From an uncultured beta proteobacterium (lineage in GTDB: Bacteria > Pseudomonadota > Gammaproteobacteria > Burkholderiales > Burkholderiaceae_C): 52,105 nt of DNA. Position 1 is the first letter of the stretch. Each line of letters opens with the position of its first letter. The notes beneath the pieces were generated by a model. The model saw only the letters and a program-made list of their open reading frames with translations, was not told the origin of the DNA and ran no database searches. Shown in pieces: positions 1 to 9,716 of the stretch. The stretch lies in assembly GCA_903845345.1 (NCBI GenBank), contig CAIMXF010000018.1, positions 1 to 52,105 on the forward strand, written 5' to 3'. A program made the position numbers and the translations under genes.

Positions 1-1273
1 CGGCGGCCCGGATCAGCGACACGCTGGACTCGACCTGGGAGCTCGACGACTGTATCAGCTGGCGGATCTCGCGCGCGCTTTCACCCGAGCGGTGCGCCAG
101 CGAACGCACCTCGCTGGCGACCACGGCGAAGCCGCGGCCCTGTTCGCCGGCGCGGGCGGCCTCGACCGCCGCGTTGAGCGCGAGAATATTGGTCTGGAAC
201 GCGATGCCGTCGATCACCCCGATGATGTCTGCGATCTTGTGCGAGCTGGCGTTGATCTCGGACATCGTCGAGACGACGTTCGAGACGGCCTGCGCGCCGC
301 GGTGCGCAACGGCGCTGGCCGACGTGGCCAGGTGGTTGGCCTGCTGCGCGGCGTCGGCGCTCTGGCGTACGGTGCTGGTGAGCTCGCTCATCGCGCTGGC
401 GGCGCTCTGCAGGCTGCCCGCGGTCTGCTCGGTGCGCTCGCTCATGTCCTGGTTGCCCAAGGCCACTTCCTTGCTCGCAGTGCCGATCGACTCCGCGGTG
501 CTGCGAATGTGCCCCACCAGCGAGCGCAGCTTGGCCTGCATGCCGGCCAGCGCCTGCAACAGTTGTCCCAGCTCGTCATCGCGGTCGGTGTGCACCGACG
601 CGGACAGGTCGCCTTCGGCGACCAGCCGGGCAAAGTTTATCGCGCGCTCGAGGGGCGCCTTGACGCTGCGGATCAGGCGCCATCCCACCAGTGTCCCGAC
701 GCCCATCGATGCCAGCGCGAACACCGCCAGGATTGTGGTCAGCGCTTCCTCTGCGAGCTTCGCGCTGGCCGCAGCGGCGGCGCTGTCGGCCGCGATCGCC
801 TTCTGCAGCGCCTGCAACTGCGCGCGCCACTTGGTCTCGAGCGGCAAGACGCGGTTGGTGAGCGACAGCGCGGCCTCGACGTTGCTGCCGTCGGCCCCCT
901 GCTCCGCTGCCTCCTGGATCATCGGCATCGTGGTCGCGGCGAGCGCGGCGATGTCCTTGACGACACGGCGTTCATCGTCGCTGATGCCCGGGCAGGCGGC
1001 CAGTGCCTGAAGGGTCTTCTCGTCCGCTAGATAGCGGGCCTGGGCAGCCTTGAGGTTGTCGATCTCGGCACTGATGGATTTCATCTCGGTCATCAGCGCC
1101 ACGCTTCGCACCTGGATGGCCATCTCGTCCATCGCGTTGCGCAGGTGCCCGACAACGTCGACCATCGCATTGTTGACTGCCACCACACGTTCGACCTTGG
1201 CGGCGATCACCTGCGTCTGCCATCCGCTGATGGCCAAGCCGAGCAGCGACAGCGCCACCAATGTGCCGAAGTC
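1..1273 (-). CDS. Methyl-accepting chemotaxis protein (TM-4HB sensor-TM-HAMP-signalling domain); runs off the left edge, 5' end damaged
   Basis: Absent from the ORF track because it has no stop in the window. Manual minus-strand translation gives TM1 [17 protein letters not shown] and the hairpin tip [40 protein letters not shown]. An in-frame TGA lies at 1276-1274, and the first usable starts (TTG 1261, GTG 1258) fall inside TM1. Confidence 0.85.
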
Positions 1274-1369
1274 TCAGGGCCACCGAGATACCCAGCAGGC
1301 CGGGAACTCCTCACGCGCGGAGGGCTGCCCTGGCCGAGAGTGTGCCGCAAGGGAGGGTAGGCTCGGTCA

Positions 1370-2110
1370 CGCGAGCGGCTCAAGGCCGATCCGTCACGGC
1401 GCGCGCATCCGCAGAACCTGCTCGAGGCGATGCTGGTGGCCGCCGACGAGCCGGGCAGCGGCATCACCGACCGGTAGGTGTCCGGCAACGTGCTGACGAT
1501 GCTGCTCGCCGGCGAAGACACCACGGCCAACACGCTGGCGTGGACGCTCCACCTGCTGTGGACAAACCCGGCGGCGCTCGCGCGTGCCGCCGACGAGGTG
1601 CATCGCGTGTGCGGCGACAGTCCCGTGCCGACACTGGATCAGATCGCGCAGCTCGATTACGTCGAGGCCTGCACGCACGAGGCGATGCGGCTGAAACCGG
1701 TGGCGCCCCAGACCGGCATCGAAGCACTGCGTGACACGACACTCGGCGACGTGCACATCCCCAAGGGCATGGTGGTCATCGGCGTGATGCGGCGCGATGC
1801 AACCAGCGAGCGCCACATGCCCCACCCGACCGCCTTCGAGCCCGAGCGCTGGCGGGGCGATGCGGCGCCGGCGGCGAGCTCGGCCAGGCGCGTCTCGATG
1901 CCTTTCGGCGCCGGGCCGCGGATCTGCCCGGGGCGCTACCTGGCTGGAGATGAAGATGGCGCTGGCGGTGCTTCTGGGGCACTTCGAGTGGCATCCGTCG
2001 CGACGGTGGATGGGTTGCCGCCGCGCGAGCTGCTGCAACTGGCGATGGCTCCGGTCGGATTGACAATGAAGCTGCACGAACGAGAGCGGGCCGGTTTCGA
2101 TGCGGCCTGA
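1370..2110 (+). pseudogene. Cytochrome P450 pseudogene (C-terminal half only)
   Basis: Reads RERLKADPSRRAHPQNLLEAMLVAADEPGSGITDR*VSGNVLTMLLAGEDTT with an in-frame TAG at 1475-1477. I-helix AGEDTT, ExxR (EAMR), PERW and heme motif FGAGPRICPG are present. Two frameshifts follow GRYL (LEMKMALAVLLGHFE is in another frame). The N-terminal half is absent (stop at 1358-1360). Confidence 0.9.
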
Positions 2111-2474
2111 GCGCCCGTCGCCAAATTCCGCGACTGCGCGTGGACATGGCCAGCACAGGCCCATGCGTGCGCACTGCGGGAAAAACCGGTCATTCGCGCA
2201 ATACTGGTAGCGGCCGGCGCCGCTAGCTCCATGCAAGACGCCGAGTCTGTGCAAGGCGGCTTGGCGCCCGCGTTCTACGAGGGGTTGGGCTGGCCAGGAT
2301 TGATCGAGGCTGCGGCCGCGACGAGCTGTACCGCGTCAGACCCCCAAGCAGCGTCAGACCGCTGAGCGAGCCCACGGTCTCTTGAACGCCGACCAAAGCC
2401 TGCGTCGGGCCGTTGTCTGGTCCAAGTGATCGCCCTTCAGCACGCTCGCTCTCGAGTGCGTCGAGATTGCGGTA

Positions 2475-3425
2475 TCAAGCCTGCCAGTCGATCATCATTT
2501 TCAGGCACTGCGGGTCGCCAAAGGCCAACTCGTAGGCCTCGCGCGCGCGGCCCGGGGACAAGGTGTGCGTGATCATGCCTTCGAGCGACAGGGCGCCGCT
2601 TTCGACGAGCGCCGTCACGGCCTGCAGGTCGTGCTTCTTCCATTGGGCGGCGATGCGCAGCGTCGCCTCGCGCATGAAGGCCGGCGCGAAGGCGAAGCTC
2701 AGGTCCTGCTTGTAGAAGCCGGCCAGCACCACCTCGCCGCCCGGCGCCAGGCGCGTGATGAGGGCGTTGAGGATGCCGGCGTCGCCGCTGACATCGACGA
2801 TGGACGTGTAGTTCTTGCGCGCGTCGTCGTCGGGGTGGATGCACGGGTAGCCGCTCGCGCCGTCGCGTCGCACCGCCTGCGTCTCCCACACTGTCGGGGC
2901 GGGCCAGCCCTGGGCCAGGCAGATGCGTGCCAGCAGCCGGCCCATCACGCCGTGGCCGACGATCAGGTCGGGCGCCACCATCGGCTGGCGTTGCCCGCCG
3001 AAGGCCACGGCGTGGTAGCAGGTGGCCGCCAGCGCCAGCAGCACCGCCTTCGGGCCGAGCGCGGGCGCGACGCGAACGACGCGGTCGTGCGGAACGATCA
3101 GGCGCGAGCCGGCGCCGCCGAAGATGTTGCGCACCCCCTGGAAGCTGTAGGAGCCGGGGATGAACACGGTGTCGCCGACGCCGATGTCGGGGGATTCGCC
3201 GGCGCGCACCACGGTGCCCACCGTCTCGTAGCCCGGCACCAGCGGATAGCCCAGCCCGGGAAAGGGCGGCATGGTGCCGTCCCACAGCAGGCGCTCGGTG
3301 CCGGTGCTGATGCCGCTGGAACTGACCTCGACCTCGAGATCGGCCGCCTCGAAGGGCTTGAGTTCCAGGGTCTGCACCGAAAGTGTCTTCGGGGCGTCGA
3401 ACACGATGGCTTGAGCATGGGTCAT
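2475..3425 (-). CDS. bchC: 3-hydroxyethyl bacteriochlorophyllide a dehydrogenase BchC
   Basis: MTHAQAIVFDAP...SSSGISTGTERLLWDGTMPPFPGLGYPLVPGYETVG, LALAATCYHA, DLIVGHGVMGRLLAR, FAPAFMREA and the C-terminus CLKMMIDW match proteobacterial BchC. Start moved to ATG 3425. Confidence 0.9.
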   Translation of the reverse strand: MTHAQAIVFDAPKTLSVQTLELKPFEAADLEVEVSSSGISTGTERLLWDGTMPPFPGLGYPLVPGYETVGTVVRAGESPDIGVGDTVFIPGSYSFQGVRNIFGGAGSRLIVPHDRVVRVAPALGPKAVLLALAATCYHAVAFGGQRQPMVAPDLIVGHGVMGRLLARICLAQGWPAPTVWETQAVRRDGASGYPCIHPDDDARKNYTSIVDVSGDAGILNALITRLAPGGEVVLAGFYKQDLSFAFAPAFMREATLRIAAQWKKHDLQAVTALVESGALSLEGMITHTLSPGRAREAYELAFGDPQCLKMMIDWQA

Positions 3426-3441
3426 GAGATCACGGCGTTGA

Positions 3442-4497
<1,056 letters not shown>

Positions 4498-4639
4498 CGC
4501 GCCGCGCCTGCACGGCGCCGTGGGAGGTGGCATGCCCGCCCCTGCAGGCCATCGCCACCGGCGCCCGGCAACGCGGGCCTGGCCGGGTCGCGACCGCCAG
4601 TGCTCTTCGAGCGGCCAAGCGATAAAGCGACGACGACCC

Positions 4640-6817
4640 TCAAAGCTGGAAGTTGAGCGACACCCTGAACTCGCGCGGCTCACCCGGGTGCACCGTGACG
4701 CCGGTCGGATTGATCGCGGCCGTCGGCGTCACCCGATAGTCCTGCTCGTAGGCGATGTCGTAGAACTTGCGATCGAACACGTTGAGCACGTCCAGCTGCA
4801 CGGTCACCCGTGGCGTGATCGCGCGCTTGACGAGCAGATTGGAGACGATCGCCGACGGCGTCGTGAGCGTGCCGTCCTGCGACAGCGGATACGAGCCGAT
4901 GAAGCGCGTGATGAGGCCAGCCGACCAGGGCCCGAGCTCGTGCAACGTCACACCGAGAAGACCGACGCGGCTGACCGCGTTGCCGATGAAGTCGCCCATC
5001 TCGCCGTTCGCGTTCGCATCCGCATAGCGCGCGTGGGTCCACGCCATGTCGGCATCGATCAACAGCCAGCGGTTGAGGATCAGGTGGTTGTTCAGCTCGA
5101 TGCCGTGGCGCTTGCTGGCGCCGTTGGGCTCCGTGCCGCCTTCGTCGGCGGTGTAGACCAGCTCGGAGTCGCTGTCCAGGCGCCAGAAGGCCAGCGACGT
5201 CTGCAGGCCGGGAATGATCTCGGTGCGAAGCCCCAGCTCTGCGCCCTTGCTCGCGACCAGCGCGGGCACGGGATCCGCCGAGTCCGCCGTGGCGGCCACG
5301 CCGCGCGCATCGTTGCTGTGGAAACCCCGGCCCGCGTTCGCGAAGAATTCCGTCCTGGCCCACGGGCCGAAGATCAGCGACGCCTTGGGCGAGAACTTGC
5401 TGGCCGACACGCGGGCACTGTCGGCCGGCGTCTCGAGCGCGCGGACATCCATGTCGACGTGATCCTCGCGAACGCCCAGCAGCGTGCGCAACCACGGCGC
5501 CCAGGTGGTCGTGTTCTGCAGGTAGGCGCCGACCTCCGTCTCGTTCACGCGATCGTTGCTGACCGTGTCGAACGGCACCCGGGCCTCGGAGTCGAACAGG
5601 CCGACGTCGATGTGGTCGTGACGCAGCTGGACACCGACCTCGGTGGTGGAATCGTTGCCGAACAGGGCATGCTGCCAGCCGTGCCTGGCCTGGCCGCCGA
5701 CCATGTTGCGCGCCTCCTTCTGCTCGAACTGGTCGCCGCGCACCGGATCGGCCTCGAAGTAGGTGAAGTTCGACCACAGCTTGAGCTTGTAGTGCTCGAC
5801 GTAGGCCGACACGTTCGAGTAGCCGCGCTCGTCGTGCTGGTGCCACTCGCCGGTCAGCACGTCGCGCACGCTGTTGCCGCCGTCGGTCGGGTCCAGGGCG
5901 GAGAAGCGCCCCAGCTGGCCGGACTGGATCAGTTCCAGCGGCACCTGGTCGGTGGACGTCCAGTGATTGGTGTAGCCGAGGGCGTCCGCCGACCAGCCGT
6001 TCGCAACCGTGCCGTCGCTGATGCGCACGACGCCGTTGTACTTGCGCACGCCTTCCGGCGTGGTCCAAGGACCGTTGTCGTGCTCGACCTCCAGGGCACC
6101 GAGAATGCGCGGGCCGGTCGAAGACGGCGTCGACGACGAGCCCGGGCCGGTCAGATTGGACAGCGCTGCGGATCCGGCCAATACCAGGCGTCGGTAGCCG
6201 TTGTCGCCCGCCGTCAGGTCGAGGATGCCGTGGTCGAGGCTGTCGACGTACTTGATGCGCGCCGAGCCCGCGGACGAGAAGTCGCCGTCTTCCGCGAAAT
6301 ACGGGCCCTTGCGATAGTCGATCTTCTCGACCAGCTCGGGCATCAGGAAATTGAGGTCGGTGTAGCCCTGGCCGTGGGCGTTGGTGGGCATGTTGATCGG
6401 CACGCCTTCGACGAAGGTCGCGAAGTCCGTGCCGTGGTCGAGGTTGTAGCCGCGCAGGAAATACTGGTTCGCCTTGCCGTCGCCCGAGTGCTGCGTGACG
6501 ACCAGGCCGGGCACGGTCTCGAGCACTTCACCCGGACGCAGCAGCGGCAGGTCGGTCAGGCGTTCGCCGCGCACCGTGCCCTGCGACGCGGCGTCCGAGG
6601 TTCCCACGCCGTTCATGTAGTGCGCGGTGACCTGCACCTCCTGCGCGTCCGCATCCGCCTGCGAGGCGGCCGCGGCGGGGGCTTGCGCCTGCGCTCGATC
6701 CGTGCCGGTGGAGCCCGGTGCAGCGGCTTGCGCCCGCGCATGGTTGTTGGCGGCCAGGGCGGCCATCGCCAAAAGGAGGCATCGCAGGGCAGGCTTCATT
6801 GCGGTCTTCCGGTTCAT
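4640..6817 (-). CDS. TonB-dependent outer membrane receptor, probably Ni/Co uptake
   Basis: Signal peptide, plug motif VPGLVVTQHSGDGKANQYFLRGYNLDHGTDF, barrel end NVFDRKFY...PREFRVSLNFQL. Substrate inferred only from the adjacent nikR. Confidence 0.85.
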   Translation of the reverse strand: MNRKTAMKPALRCLLLAMAALAANNHARAQAAAPGSTGTDRAQAQAPAAAASQADADAQEVQVTAHYMNGVGTSDAASQGTVRGERLTDLPLLRPGEVLETVPGLVVTQHSGDGKANQYFLRGYNLDHGTDFATFVEGVPINMPTNAHGQGYTDLNFLMPELVEKIDYRKGPYFAEDGDFSSAGSARIKYVDSLDHGILDLTAGDNGYRRLVLAGSAALSNLTGPGSSSTPSSTGPRILGALEVEHDNGPWTTPEGVRKYNGVVRISDGTVANGWSADALGYTNHWTSTDQVPLELIQSGQLGRFSALDPTDGGNSVRDVLTGEWHQHDERGYSNVSAYVEHYKLKLWSNFTYFEADPVRGDQFEQKEARNMVGGQARHGWQHALFGNDSTTEVGVQLRHDHIDVGLFDSEARVPFDTVSNDRVNETEVGAYLQNTTTWAPWLRTLLGVREDHVDMDVRALETPADSARVSASKFSPKASLIFGPWARTEFFANAGRGFHSNDARGVAATADSADPVPALVASKGAELGLRTEIIPGLQTSLAFWRLDSDSELVYTADEGGTEPNGASKRHGIELNNHLILNRWLLIDADMAWTHARYADANANGEMGDFIGNAVSRVGLLGVTLHELGPWSAGLITRFIGSYPLSQDGTLTTPSAIVSNLLVKRAITPRVTVQLDVLNVFDRKFYDIAYEQDYRVTPTAAINPTGVTVHPGEPREFRVSLNFQL

Positions 6818-7097
6818 GGGTTCGTCGAGGCAGGCGATGCGACCGGACGCTCGTCAGACGGTCGTTCTTGAGTGTGAACAATCCTTGAATCGTCTCACCG
6901 CATGCCAGACCTAGTACGACCCGGTTGCATTGCCGGATGCAGACTCCTTGAAAAAAAGTGGTGACAGCCGCGCCGGAGGGGCTCGTCAGCAGCGGAGTTC
7001 AGCCTGGTCCGGGCGCCGCCATCCAGGACCCTGCCCGCTCGCGCGACACGCTCGCCGGTGCGCCGACCTCGACAGCAGGCCGCGCGCGGCCGGCCGG

Positions 7098-7607
7098 TCA
7101 GTGCGAGGGCTTGATGTGGAAGTGCGGCGTCGACGCGCGCGCACGCGCCGGCTTCTTGACGCCAGCGGCGCGCCTGGGCGCCTTGCCATGGCTGTGCGGC
7201 GCGTGCAGCTCGACGCTGATCAGGTTCAGCTTGCCGTGGTGAACGCCCCGCTCGGCGCAGATCGCGTCCGACAGCTTCTGGACAGCCTCGGTCGGGCCCT
7301 TGAGGATGACCGTCTCCAGGCAATGGTCGTGATCCAGATGCGCGTGCATCGCCGACACCGTCAGGTCGTGGTGCTCATGCTGGATGTCGGCCAGCCGCTC
7401 CGTCAGGTCGCGCTCGTGGTGGTTGAACACGTAGGAGAGCGAGGCGACGCAATGCAGGGACTTGTCCGTCGCGATGGCGGTGCGGCCGAGCTCGGCGCGC
7501 AGCAGGTCGCGAACGGCCTCGGAGCGATTGGAATACCCGCGTTCGGCCATCCAGGCGTCGAACTCCTCGGCCAGCTTTTCCTCGAGCGAAATGGTGAAGC
7601 GTTCCAT
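7098..7607 (-). CDS. nikR: Nickel-responsive regulator NikR with His/basic C-terminal tail
   Basis: RHH start MERFTISL...GYSNRSEAVRDLLR; Ni-ligand segment IQHEHHDL..AMHAHLDHDHCLE. Start ATG 7607. Confidence 0.93.
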   Translation of the reverse strand: MERFTISLEEKLAEEFDAWMAERGYSNRSEAVRDLLRAELGRTAIATDKSLHCVASLSYVFNHHERDLTERLADIQHEHHDLTVSAMHAHLDHDHCLETVILKGPTEAVQKLSDAICAERGVHHGKLNLISVELHAPHSHGKAPRRAAGVKKPARARASTPHFHIKPSH

Positions 7608-7748
7608 GGCGGATGCGATCGGTGCGACGGGTGGCGGGCAGCGTAACAGATCGATGGCCATCGCCTTGGCGCATTCTCGCGACTGACTCCACCGTGCGGG
7701 ACCATGCTTCGCGGCGAACCGCGTGTCGTGGCGCCGCTGCGGGATCGC

Positions 7749-8174
7749 TCAACGCAGGTCGATGTCGGAGTGCGGCTTTTCGCAGTGCTCGTCGTGCGCG
7801 TGCCGGCTCGAGGGCGTGAAGGCCGCGGTCGCCTCGATCTCCACCTTGTAGGCACTGTTGATCAGCTTCGCGCCGATGGTCGCGCGCGCCGGTGCGTGGC
7901 CCGGCACGACCCAGTCGTCCCAGACGGCATTCATCTCCGCGTAGTCGCCCACCGAGGCAAGGTAGATGCGCGCCGACACGATGTGCTCCCTGCTCGCACC
8001 CACGTGCTCGAGCAGCCGGTCGATGAAGCCGAGCACCTCGCGCGTCTGGCCGCCGATGTCCAGCGACGTGTTCTCCGCCACCTGCCCCGCGATGAAGATC
8101 AGCTTGCTGTCGCCGAAGTTGGCGATGGTCATTTCGCTGAAGCGCGGACCGGTCTCGTGTCGTTCGATGTGCAT
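7749..8174 (-). CDS. RidA/YjgF family protein (YoaB-like) with His-rich tail
   Basis: IFIAGQVAE, MNAVWDDWV..GHAPARATI, YKVEIEATAA; extra tail RHAHDEHCEKPH. Confidence 0.88.
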   Translation of the reverse strand: MHIERHETGPRFSEMTIANFGDSKLIFIAGQVAENTSLDIGGQTREVLGFIDRLLEHVGASREHIVSARIYLASVGDYAEMNAVWDDWVVPGHAPARATIGAKLINSAYKVEIEATAAFTPSSRHAHDEHCEKPHSDIDLR

Positions 8175-8225
8175 GGCGATGGCTGGTGTTGGATGGTGGC
8201 ATTGGGCGTTTGCAGGCGCAGGCCG

Positions 8226-9716
8226 TCAACCCGGATCGGCACCAGCGGCGGGCGTCGACGCCCCCTCGGCGCGATTCCACCAGCCGCCGCCCAGCGCCTG
8301 GAACAGCGCGGCCGCGTCGGCCAGCCGATCGGCCCGGGCCTGGAGGGTGGACAGCATGGCCTGCTGCACGCCCTGCTCCGCGGCCATCACGGCGAGCGCG
8401 CTCGTGTCGCCGAGTTCGAGTTGCCGGCGCGCGATCGCGAGCGTGCGTTCGGACGCGTCCTGCGCGCGTTGCGAGGCGCGCAGCGCGCGGGCGTCCGCGT
8501 CGATCGCCTGCAACGCATCGGCCACATTCTGGAAGGCGTTGATGACGGTCTGGCGATATTGCGCCGCCGCCTGGTCGTAGGCGGCACGCGCGGCCGCCTC
8601 GCGGTGCTTCAGCGCCCCGCCGTCGAAGACGGCCTGCCCGACGCTGCCGGCCAGCGTCCAGAACGTCGTGCCGGGGCTGAACAGGCCGCCGAGCGAGGCG
8701 GCAGACGAACCCCACGAATTCACGCCCAGCGTGACGTCCGGCAGTCGATTGGCAACGGCCACGCCGATGTCCGCACTGGCGGAGCGGAGCTGGGCCTCGG
8801 CGGCGAGCACGTCCGGCCGATGTTCCACCAGGCTGGAGGGCAGCGTGAGCGGCAAGGGTTCGGGCAGCGCCAGCCGCTCGAGCGTGAACTGCTCGGCGAG
8901 CGGCGCGTCGGCCGCCAGGCCCATGAGCGCCTTGATCTGGTCGCGTTGCACCGAGAGCTGCTTCTCGAGCGGAGGCAGGCTCGCCTCCAGCGTGGCGAGC
9001 TGCGACTCCTGCTGCGCAACGTCGAGCGCCGAGTTCTGTCCCAGCCGCTGCAGCTGGCGGTAGCGCTCGAGGATGTCGGACTGCAGCGCGATCACGCGCC
9101 GTGTCGCCTCCACCTGCTCGCGAAGGCCGGCTTCGGTGATCGCCGCGACGACCAGGTTCGAGCTCAGCGTCAGGGACGTCGCCTCCAGGTTCCAGCGCTG
9201 GCTGTCCTCCTGCGCCTTCAGGGATTCGACCTGGCGCCGGTTCAGCCCGAACAGATCGGGCGTGTACGAGACGTTGACCTGCGCCGTCTGCAGGTTGAAC
9301 AGGGTCGCGTTCGAGGAGAGCGGGCTGGCGATCGGCGCGGCGATCTTCTGGCGGCTCGCCGAGTATTCCAGGCCGACGGCCGGGAAGAACGCCGACTGCT
9401 GGGCGAGGCGGTTCTCGGTTGCCACGCGCAATGCCGCCTGCGCCGAGGCAACGCTGGGGTGGTTGGCCAGGCCGGCGCGCACGATCGCATCCAGCTCGGG
9501 CGAGTGGTACAGCGTCCACCAGGCGGAAGGAAGGTCGGCGGGTGCGACGAGGCCGCAGGCCTGCATCCGGATCTGCGTGGATTCATCGGTGAAGTGCTGT
9601 GCCATCGCGAGCTCGGGACGACGGTAGTCCGGACCGACGGCACATCCGGCCAGGAGAGCAGCGGCCGTCGCGACGAGCGCGTGGCGGCCAAGGGTCAGGG
9701 CATGGGGCATGGGCAT
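8226..9716 (-). CDS. RND outer membrane factor lipoprotein (NodT/TolC family)
   Basis: Last 496 aa of ORF 8226..12788: lipobox LLAGC, AVGPDYRRP, LPSSLVEHRPDV, ALFQALGGGWW. The ATG at 9716 overlaps the upstream gene's TGA. Confidence 0.92.
   Translation of the reverse strand: MPMPHALTLGRHALVATAAALLAGCAVGPDYRRPELAMAQHFTDESTQIRMQACGLVAPADLPSAWWTLYHSPELDAIVRAGLANHPSVASAQAALRVATENRLAQQSAFFPAVGLEYSASRQKIAAPIASPLSSNATLFNLQTAQVNVSYTPDLFGLNRRQVESLKAQEDSQRWNLEATSLTLSSNLVVAAITEAGLREQVEATRRVIALQSDILERYRQLQRLGQNSALDVAQQESQLATLEASLPPLEKQLSVQRDQIKALMGLAADAPLAEQFTLERLALPEPLPLTLPSSLVEHRPDVLAAEAQLRSASADIGVAVANRLPDVTLGVNSWGSSAASLGGLFSPGTTFWTLAGSVGQAVFDGGALKHREAAARAAYDQAAAQYRQTVINAFQNVADALQAIDADARALRASQRAQDASERTLAIARRQLELGDTSALAVMAAEQGVQQAMLSTLQARADRLADAAALFQALGGGWWNRAEGASTPAAGADPG

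Noticed and set aside
2160-2290. Possible integron attC site ending GAGGGGTTGGGC (GTTRRRY core at 2284-2290)
   Set aside because: No matching RYYYAAC inverse core or convincing long palindrome upstream, and no integrase or second site.
2333-2360. Direct repeat GCGTCAGACC twice at 18-bp spacing
   Set aside because: Only two short copies; not CRISPR-like and not clearly tied to a promoter.
6818-7097. Cobalamin or NiCo riboswitch, or NikR operator, upstream of the TonB receptor
   Set aside because: No riboswitch consensus recognised; the best dyad (TCGTACTA-N14-TGAGACGA) matches only 5/8.
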